DNA from: Zygophlyctis sp. KS116
Taxonomy: Eukaryota > Fungi > Chytridiomycota
Direction: 5' to 3'
Length of the DNA stretch: 6,714 nucleotides
Assembly (NCBI GenBank): GCA_054661495.1
Contig: BAAFSQ010000428.1
Location: 1 to 6,714 of the forward strand
Every line of letters begins with the position of its first letter. Position 1 is the first letter of the stretch. Shown one piece after another: positions 1 through 6,714 of the stretch. The position numbers and the translations under genes were made by a program. The notes under the pieces were generated by a model. The model was given only the letters and a program-made list of their open reading frames with translations, had not been told where the DNA came from and searched no databases.

Positions 1-15
1 ATAAAGTTAGGGTAG

Positions 16-467
16 ATTGACAATGTCGCTTTGAATTTTATCGGCTGCATACATCCAGAAACGGTTATCAAATTTTTAAATCAAGATGACCAAAATCATG
101 ATGGTCTACTGGAGCGGTAAATACATTATCTTTACATTAGTTTTCTGATCACTACTTTTAATGTTTAATTTTCTTCAATGGAGGATATGAGTTTATTCTA
201 AAAAAAGAATTGTTTAGCTCAATACGAGATTATCATCATCCCCCAAACAGGGGTAAATTTTTATATTTGGCGGATGAAAGCGGGCAAATTCAATTTGATC
301 ATATTTTTGATCAAATTGGCGATGCTCGAAAGAGTTTTACAAATGAAAATGTGAACGCGGAAATCTCCAAACTTCCTGGAACTATTTTTGCAGGGGCGCT
401 ACATGTACTTGAAAATGTAATTTAGGCATTTAAATACTTTTAGGCTTTAAAAAACAATTTGTCAAAG
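16..467 (+). pseudogene. Degenerate DUF3987/YfjI-like (P-loop/AAA+ helicase-like) C-terminal fragment, possibly with micro-introns
   Basis: Frame from 16 reads IDNVALNFIGCIHPETVIKFLNQDDQNHDGLLER. Removing GT..AG 117-140 continues it as R-FLITT, giving DGLLERFL, which resembles the G-x-x-QP...DG-x-x-x-RFL pattern I recall for DUF3987. Downstream ORF 210-425 has EISKLPG..AGALHVLE. Stops and a frameshift lie between 166 and 210. Motif recall only. Confidence 0.4.
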
Positions 468-656
468 GGTTAGAGGGTTTATTAAATTCAGATGATTATA
501 AGCATCGATCACTGTATTTAAATTTTTAAGTGGCAATAAGTTATCAGCACCAATGTCTTTTGCGCTTGCATTATATTTTTTTCAAGGTATCAAATTGAAG
601 ATGTACCATGTATTGATTTTAAACAAAAAAATAACTGGTATATATATAGCTGAAAT

Positions 657-1428
657 TACAGGTATAACATTCCATTACTTCCAGGGAGAGAATCTTTAAA
701 AAAAAGGAAGGAGCTCAAGCCTGATGAATTTAGGTTAACCCTATCAAGTTCAAGCTTGGTTGTATCAGTTTCATGATTTAATGTCTCATCTAGGGTGGTG
801 CAGAGATGAGTATTACCTCGATTTTGGTTTCCTAATCTGACACGATTGATCCTGAATTATTGTAAAACTTGCGATATTTGTCAAAAATTCCAGGAGAAAT
901 TACCAGATTATCGTTTTAAAGGCTTATCTTCTATATCTGGTCTTTTTGATGAATTTCAAAAGGATTTTGCCAGAAACAACTGCTCATTACAAGTTTATCC
1001 TTGTCGCTGTCGATAAATTAAGTCGATACCCCAGCGCTAACCTGTAAAAGATACGACTGCGAATACCGTTGTCAATTTTGTTTTCAAAGAAATCATTAGT
1101 CGTTTCGGAGTCCCATCAATTCTCATTGCTGATCGCGGATCAAGTTTTATAGCTAATCATTTTAAGTTATTTATTAATCAGTATGGAATTGTCCTTAATT
1201 TGGTACCATCATATCAACCCGAATGGAATGGTTTTGTTGAACGACTCAATAAAACTATTCGACAGGGTTTACTTAAAATCTGTTTATCGCAAGTTATATC
1301 TAATCAATGGGATAAACATTTAGATCACTTATTGATGTCTATCCGTTGTCTGAAATCAGCTGCTACCAATTATTCACCCTTTTATCTCTTATATGGATTC
1401 GAACCGAAATTGGCAATTGATAATTCTC
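657..1428 (+). pseudogene. pol: Ty3/gypsy integrase remnant (HHCC zinc finger + DDE core), frameshifted
   Basis: HDLMSH...LPRFWFPNLTRLILNYCKTCDICQ (HHCC). First D at 963-965, then YKFILVAVDKLSRY and SRFGVPSILIADRGSSF (D at 1131-1133). YQPEWNGFVERLNKTI has E at 1239-1241, giving exact D(35)E spacing. WD..L and SPFYLLYG follow. Frameshifts near 760, 790, 968 and 1040. Confidence 0.93.
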
Positions 1429-1600
1429 TTTTTACTATTGAAAATACTTTGTTAGAGTTTAAATTAATTGTCATGCAAGGATGCAACTGTCCTCTAATGC
1501 TTGGTTTAAAAGTTAAAAAGTTGTAATGCAATTATAAATTACAAAATGGATACATTACAACTCGAAAATAACAATTATTCTACTACGACTCAAATTTATT
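1429..1600 (+). pseudogene. pol: C-terminal half of a retroviral-like aspartic protease (no DSG/DTG active site)
   Basis: FTIENTLLEFKLIVMQGCNCPLMLGL, then after a frameshift NAIINYKMDTLQL...QIYSKSE. This matches the retropepsin F-x-V...ILG...ID tail and parallels IDYSKDSLTI (~4460-4492, -) and LDYCTDTITL (6680-6709, -). Confidence 0.65.
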
Positions 1601-1759
1601 CTAAATCAGAAATAGATGAACTCATAGATCAAACTTATTCAACTGATGATGAATATATTTTTCGATTAGTACAAGCTCAATTCATGCACAAATCTATAAG
1701 TGATCTCAGCACATTTTCCAATATTCCATTCCAAGATTCTCTAATTCAATCATATTCTA

Positions 1760-2575
1760 ATTTTTTTGCAAAAGATCTATCAGAAGTTACTGGTATGGCA
1801 TGACCACCTCATGAAATTGTTTTGGAAAAAAGCGCGAGTCCTGAATGTGCTAAATTACGACGATACTCACCACTTGAACGTGAATCAATCCGGTTAGAAA
1901 TTGATAAGATGCTTAGTAAGGGAATTATTGAACCGTCTTTTTCGTCTTGGTCTTCTCCTGTTGTTTTAGTAAGCAAACCTGACGGCACTATTCGATTTTG
2001 TGTACATTACAAAAAGCTAAATAATTTGACAATCAAAGGCAAAATTTCCTCTTCCAAGAATTGATGACAGTCTGGATTCCCTCGCTGGAAAAGCTATTTA
2101 TAGTACCCTAGATTGTTTCTCTGGCTATTGGCAAGTGCCATTACATCCCAACTGCACCCTTTATATTTCAATTTGTTGTCGTTTACATTGCAATATCTGT
2201 GTCTTTAGTAATTCCAACGAGGAACATCATCACCATCTCCAAATGGTTTTTAAAAAGTTAAAAGAATTCTCGGTCAAACTTAAGTTAAAAAAATGCTCAT
2301 TTTATCGTACCTCGTTCAAATATCTCGGCCACATAATTAATTCTTCTGGTGTTCAGCCAGATCCCGATAAACTTTTGGTAATCAGTGAATTTAAACGACC
2401 ATACAATCCTAAAACTGTACGCTCTTTGGTTGGACTTGTTTCCTATTTTCGCAAGTTTCTCCCAGACATCACTCGTCTTCTCGAAACAATTCCAAATTCC
2501 ATTAAAACTAAAAACGACAATTGTGCCGCAAAAGCCGTTCTTCAGTGCAAAACTTTACTCACTAATGATTTATCC
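1760..2575 (+). pseudogene. pol: Ty3/gypsy reverse transcriptase remnant
   Basis: RRYSPLERESIRLEIDKMLSKGIIEPSFSSWSSPVVLVSKPDGTIRFCVHYKKLN. Frameshift at ~2041, then FPLPRIDD..STLDCFSGYWQ. The MPFGL-NAP block is deleted near 2155-2160. YIDD has decayed to tac att gc aat at 2184-2194. KC.F...YLGH and VRSLVGLVSYFRKF follow. Confidence 0.95.
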
Positions 2576-3122
2576 CTGAAATTTCCCGACTTTACTAGGC
2601 CATTTACTTTAGCCACTGATGCTTCGTACTTTGCTGCCGGCGCTACTCTTGAACAGGATCATGGCATCGTTTCTTATTTTTCGAAAAAATTTACTGGCAG
2701 TGAATTGAATTAATCCACTTATGAAAAGGAACTCTTCGCCATTATTCTTGCTCTCAAGAAATTTGGACATTATTTAAGATCAACTCAGTTTACTATTTAC
2801 ACTGATAACTCAGCAGTGTCTGCCATTTAAATTTTAATTCCAATCAGAACTCCCGAATTACTCGCTGGATGCCATTTCTGATGTCTTTTGATTTTATTTT
2901 ACTTCATCGCGCCGGTAAACACAACCTTGCTGCTGATTTTTGTTCTCGCCATCCTGTTGCCTCACTTTCTTCTTCTACGGATCCTTATTCGTTAGTTTTT
3001 CAATATCTTTAAGGCCACCTAACTAGTCCTTCAAGTTCCACTTTACGTCTTTCTCGCAAATTCTGTATCATTGATAATCAACTCTATCGTAAACAATCCC
3101 CATTTCCGAGGCAGTTGATTAG
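2576..3122 (+). pseudogene. pol: Ty3/gypsy RNase H plus start of the RNase H-integrase linker, truncated
   Basis: FPDFTRPFTLATDAS..GATLEQ..SYFSKK..ELN*STYEKELFAIILALKKFGHYL..FTIYTDN..RITRW..FDFILLHRAGKHNLAADFCSR. The linker SRKFCIIDNQLYRK breaks off at ~3122. Stop at 2711-2713. Confidence 0.95.
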
Positions 3123-3176
3123 AAAGTAGAGAATTTATCTTTATAGAAAGCCTTCTTAAGATAAATTCTCTACTTT
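3123..3176. repeat. Perfect 19-bp inverted repeat (hairpin) at the pol truncation point
   Basis: aaagtagagaatttatctt (3123-3141) is the exact reverse complement of aagataaattctctacttt (3158-3176). The 16-nt spacer has further agaa/ttct pairing. Confidence 0.95.
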
Positions 3177-3651
3177 TTTTCTAAAGGAATTAAAAAAGAG
3201 AAAATTGATTTGATTATAAAATTGAGTGATTTATAAATGTTCTCGAATTGGGAGGTGAACTTTTTGTATTAGGACCGGAATTACCACTAAAACGATAGGG
3301 AAATAATTTATTTAGTAATTTATAGTAGGTTTTTGAATCTTCATGAACATAATATTAGGACTTTTTTTAACGATGAATAAAGATCAAGGTAAAATTTGGG
3401 CTGCACAACAAGTGTGGTTGCTTGTGGCATATATTAAAAACAATAAATAGACGTCTATTAAAGCATAATAACGCCTACCCCTTAGGTGTTAGAATCCAAA
3501 GTATATCTTCTATGATTTGAAGCTGTAAGAAATCATGAAATATTGTTAAGAAAAGGTGTACTTAGATGCACTGAACTATTTATGGTCAGAATCGTACTAT
3601 ATACAGAATTTGTAGGTGCAGGACATAAATAACCTGCTTAATAGACTGAAA

Positions 3652-3957
3652 AAAATTCTCCGAAAGTTAAAATTTTCTACTTTCGATTCAATCTTCTTCG
3701 TTATTATAAACATACAACTTTCAACATTCAACTTTGATCGTCTCTATTTTTGGTAAGTTCAACTTTCAACATTCAACTTTGATCTTCTCTATTTTTGGAG
3801 TTCAACATTCAACTTTGATCTTCTCTATTTTTGGAGTTCAACTTTCAACATTCAACTTTGATCTTCTCTATTTTTGGAGTTCAACTTTCAACATTCAACT
3901 TTCGGAAATAAAATTCTCCGAATGTTAAAATTTTCAACTTTCAGGTTCAATCTTCTT
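3652..3957. repeat. Imperfect ~47-bp direct repeats (3652-3698 and 3910-3957) flanking the minisatellite
   Basis: aaaattctccgaaagttaaaattttctactttcgattcaatcttctt vs aaaattctccgaatgttaaaattttcaactttcaggttcaatcttctt. Confidence 0.9.
3715..3902. repeat. Minisatellite, ~43-bp unit, about 4.5 copies
   Basis: Consensus caactttcaacattcaactttgatcttctctatttttggagtt. Units are 3715-3759 (45 bp), 3760-3802 (43), 3803-3838 (36, lacking one caacttt heptamer), 3839-3881 (43) and a partial unit at 3882-3902. Confidence 0.97.
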
Positions 3958-4230
3958 ATCATTGGATTATATCTTTTTAAATTTTTTTATATTAAAATAT
4001 AATATCGTATTCAATCAAAATATAGATCAAATAAGAGTTAATTTTTAATTTTACGCCCGCAAAACGTGGCTCACCTTTTTGGTGCGCCTAATCTTTTTCT
4101 TCGAGTGCAAAACATGATATCTTAGGTTAGTAAGCCCTTCTAACGTCCCCTCCTAAAAAATTGTGTTATGTCCACTTAGGGTTAGGCTTAAAATCTGACA
4201 AAAGCTTTCTTAGTTTTGCTAAGAGCCATC

Positions 4231-4267
4231 TTTAAATTTTAGGAAAGTTTTCCATTGTGTCCCGATT
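4231..4267. repeat. 37-bp inverted repeat, left copy (pairs with 5629-5665); possible DNA-transposon terminal/subterminal sequence
   Basis: tttaaattttaggaaagttttccattgtgtcccgatt matches the reverse complement of 5629-5665 at 35 of 37 positions. Confidence 0.85.
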
Positions 4268-4269
4268 TT

Positions 4270-4770
4270 AAATCTCGAACAGTATCTATAGTCGTGACAT
4301 GTAACAAAAACGTAGGAACAGTTTCTTGTTCGTCTTCATCATCTTCTAATGAATCGGCATCATTTGAATCATGATCACTGTTTGAATCATTATCATATAT
4401 ATCACGTCTTCAAGTTCAGATTAAGTATAGAATTGGAACTTGACTTTTTGATTGTTATAGTTAATAGTCAAAGAATCTTTTGAATAATCAATCTATTTCT
4501 TGAGGTTGTCAATGAATAGCATTATATCGCATGACATATCTTCTAAAATTAAGAACGTGATAAGAATTGTGATATCATGAAAGGTAACGCTTAATTCAGC
4601 TGAGAAAATAGCACTACAAGTCTTACCAACAACTAGTTGTAAATATATACACTGTTTTAGTTTCTTAATTGCACTAGGAGTTATGAAGAAAAAACAATAC
4701 AAAAAGTTGATCCACTGTTAACATACAGACCGAGTTTGGTTCCACATATTTTACCAACAACGTGTGTCGG
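4270..4770 (-). pseudogene. pol: Retrotransposon aspartic protease remnant plus acidic linker
   Basis: Minus strand reads PTHVVGKICGTKLGLYV-NSG-STFC, with the catalytic D changed to N at 4717-4719. It continues FITPSAIKKLK...ITFLILEDMSCDIML..DNLKK*IDYSKDSLTINYNNQKVKFQFY, then acidic DNDSNSDHDSNDADSLEDDEDEQE. Confidence 0.8.
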
Positions 4771-5340
4771 TATCTGAATTTTCAATTAACGAGACTCTCT
4801 TTCCCTTCTTTTGCTTCTGTAGACACTTAATAAATTCACTTATCATTCTAGGATTGACTTTAACTACTTCTCTGAGGGAAACGTCTAGCTTAGTGTCCAT
4901 AACCTTGGTTAAGAAGGCAGATTCTTCCCGAAATTTTACAGATTAAACTGTTTTTTGAAATTTTCAGAATCATTATTTATTAGATGTGCAATTCGTACTC
5001 TTTTTGCCGAAAGTACGTCCGCATTAGAATGGGGAACATGATCAGCTAGATTTATTAGTTTTCCTTGAGGTTAACCGAGTGGTTCAGCATTGGCACCAGT
5101 TGCGGGAGATCGTCGAACATAAATAGGATAGAAAGAAAATTGTGTCCAGTTTTTTACATCTGAAGCAAGTTTTCTCTTCTCGGCGTTCTGTCTTTTGATT
5201 CACAAGTAAAGTAAGCCTTCTGAAGATCCTGATGAGAAATATCGTTAGGAGGGTTTGATAGGTGTAGAATGGAATTTCTGATGGGATAATTGATATCTTG
5301 GCTACTTCATTATGCAGACACTGATATCGATCTCAATCAA
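4771..5340 (-). pseudogene. gag: gag C-terminal remnant with degenerate CCHC zinc knuckle
   Basis: Minus strand reads ERREEKT-CFRCKK-(frameshift)-GH at ~5167-5142. DVLSAKRVRIAHLIN and KVMDTKLDVSLREVVKVNPRM follow, directly upstream of the protease as expected for gag-pol. The 5' boundary is approximate. Confidence 0.65.
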
Positions 5341-5360
5341 AGATCGACAATTATTGAAAG

Positions 5361-5597
5361 TTGACAAATATCGCAAGTTTTACAATAATTCAGGATTAAT
5401 CGTGTCAGATTAGGAAACCAAAATCGAGGTAATACCCAGTTCTGCACCACCCTACTAGCAGGATGAGACATTAAATCATGAAACTGATACAAAACAAAGC
5501 TTGAACTTGATAGGGTTACCCTAAATTCATCAGGCTTGAGCTCCTTCCTTTTTTTTAAAGATTCTCTCCCTGGAAGTAATGGAATGTTATACCTGTA
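5361..5597 (-). pseudogene. pol: Isolated integrase HHCC zinc-finger fragment; inverted duplicate of 657-884
   Basis: Open on the minus strand: ...VLYQFHDLMSHPASRVVQNWVLPRFWFPNLTRLILNYCKTCDICQ. Nearly identical in nucleotide sequence to 657-884. Confidence 0.93.
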
Positions 5598-5665
5598 TCA
5601 CCGGGACACATTTTGAACACCGGGACACAATCGGGACACGATGGAAAACGTTCCTAAAATTTAAA
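5598..5665. repeat. Three CGGGACAC motifs plus right copy of the 37-bp inverted repeat; candidate DNA-transposon end
   Basis: cgggacac occurs at 5602, 5621 and 5632, and caccgggacaca occurs twice. 5629-5665 is inverted relative to 4231-4267. The block starts exactly where integrase homology ends. Confidence 0.6.
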
Positions 5666-5879
5666 AGTTGATATCTTTAATAATTAATAAACGACTAAAA
5701 AATGTAAATTGATTAACACGAAAAAAATCATTTGCTTGGTTTAATCTAGCTCTTATATAATACTAGAATTTCTGGATCAGAAAATAAAGGCCAATGTATT
5801 TCAATTTATATCCTTTATTAATACCTCTAGAATGAGATCAAAAAATAATATCAGTGACGTCGACATTTAGAATTAAACC

Positions 5880-6714
5880 CTAAAATTTGAGTTTATTGTC
5901 ATATTGGCGTAATCGTTCAAATTTGTCGAGGTTAACAGAAGCTATGCATAGATCGTCTAGGTAAATGATTAATATTTCATGTACCAGGTCTGCGAAAATA
6001 TACTGCATCATACGACTAAAGTGTGCAGGGGCATTGGTTAACCCGAAAGGCATGACGTTAAATTTAAAGATGCCAAATGGGAAAATAAATGTTGTTGTTA
6101 GGGGTTTTGATTTTTCGTCTAGCTTACATTGCCAGTACCCGGAAAAACAATCCAACGTGGAAAAGTAGGTTTTTCCACTGAGGAAGTCAACACAATCGTC
6201 GATTCGGGGCAAAGGAAACCTGTTTTTTATTGTGAGCTGGTTTAAATTTTTGTAGTTGATACAGAATCTAATTCCTCCATCTGGTTTAGGGGCAAGCACA
6301 ATGGGGAACGTCCAAGGTGAGTTTAAAGGCTCTTTGACTCTCGCATCGAACATCTTATCTATCTCAGTTTTTATGACGGCTCTTTGTTCGGGTTAGAATG
6401 CCAAGATATTCATCTTGGCATTCTACACGCAACAGGTACGGACTCTTGTTTTAATGTTATAGTGCAATTTTGAACCTTAATACCAGGAATTTGTGTGAAG
6501 TGATCTACAAAAAAAAACCAAATATTCATGAAAACGTTGTTTTACGTCAGGTTGTTTCTCTACTTCCTCTTTCTCATGTATAAAGTTCAGCAGTGATTTA
6601 TATTATCAGCAACATCGCATACAGTTTTAGCCTCGGAAGCGGTGAATAATTGAAGCTTTAAATTCACATCCTTAGATTCCAGAGTTATAGTATCTGTGCA
6701 ATAATCTAACTGCG
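5880..6714 (-). pseudogene. pol: Second Ty3/gypsy pol fragment: protease tail, linker and reverse transcriptase, 3'-truncated
   Basis: ORF 5880-6353 has SPWTFPIVLAPKPDGGIRFCINYKNLN..FPLPRIDD..STLDCFSGYWQ..MPFGLTNAPAHF..YLDD (5952-5963). Upstream lie PEQRAVIKTEIDKM, IPGIKVQNCTITLK..PVACRMPR and the protease tail LDYCTDTITL. It ends shortly after YLDD with no thumb or RNase H. Confidence 0.95.
6394..6425. repeat. Perfect 14-bp hairpin with 4-nt loop interrupting the RT N-terminus
   Basis: tagaatgccaagat-attc-atcttggcattcta. Confidence 0.95.

Noticed and set aside
2385-2579. Small ORFs 2385-2579 (+), 4764-4946 (+) and 5965-6168 (+)
   Set aside because: They are alternative-frame or antisense shadows of RT and gag sequence.
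657-3122. Intact Gmr1-like element (integrase before RT)
   Set aside because: A protease half lies between INT and RT, and RNase H is followed by another pre-integrase linker. This fits rearranged canonical elements better.
160-3650. Alternative genetic code (TAA/TAG = Gln)
   Set aside because: Some stops could be Gln, but the TAA at 2711-2713 sits at a conserved Tyr position (NYST), and abundant frameshifts show ordinary decay.
3715-3902. CRISPR-like array next to reverse transcriptases
   Set aside because: The whole unit repeats with no unique spacers. There are no cas genes, and the RTs are LTR-retrotransposon type.
3734-3928. 64-aa repetitive ORF
   Set aside because: It is a translation of the minisatellite, whose 43-bp units are not a multiple of three.
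4176-4186. Telomere-like TTAGGGTTAGG
   Set aside because: Fewer than two full units, which is compatible with chance.
657-5597. The 230-bp repeats as LTRs or true TIRs
   Set aside because: They are inverted rather than direct, encode integrase HHCC sequence, and show no flanking TSD.
5880-6353. Bacterial retron, DGR or group II intron RT
   Set aside because: The motifs (SPW..P, RFC..Y..LN, PLPRIDD, MPFGL.NAP) and the associated protease, RNase H and integrase are Ty3/gypsy.

Overview
AT-rich, most likely eukaryotic transposon graveyard with no intact gene. It holds fragments of at least three decayed Ty3/gypsy LTR retrotransposons. The + strand block runs (possible RNase H tail)-integrase, then protease C-terminal half-RT-RNase H-integrase linker (~565-3122). 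The - strand carries PR-tail/RT (5880-6714), an isolated integrase zinc-finger piece (5361-5597) and gag-protease (~4270-5340). The integrase zinc-finger segment occurs twice as a ~230-bp inverted duplication (657-884 vs 5361-5597). Other structure: a 43-bp minisatellite bracketed by ~47-bp direct repeats, a 37-bp inverted repeat pair with CGGGACAC motifs that resembles DNA-transposon ends, two foldback hairpins (one reconstructable as a template-switch mutation inside RT), and a DUF3987-like remnant with possible 24-27-nt micro-introns at the left edge. No LTR, PBS, RNA gene or CRISPR array is recognisable. I see no convincing evidence of a functional novel system; the unusual features are rearrangements. 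All family calls come from manual motif recognition, not database searches.
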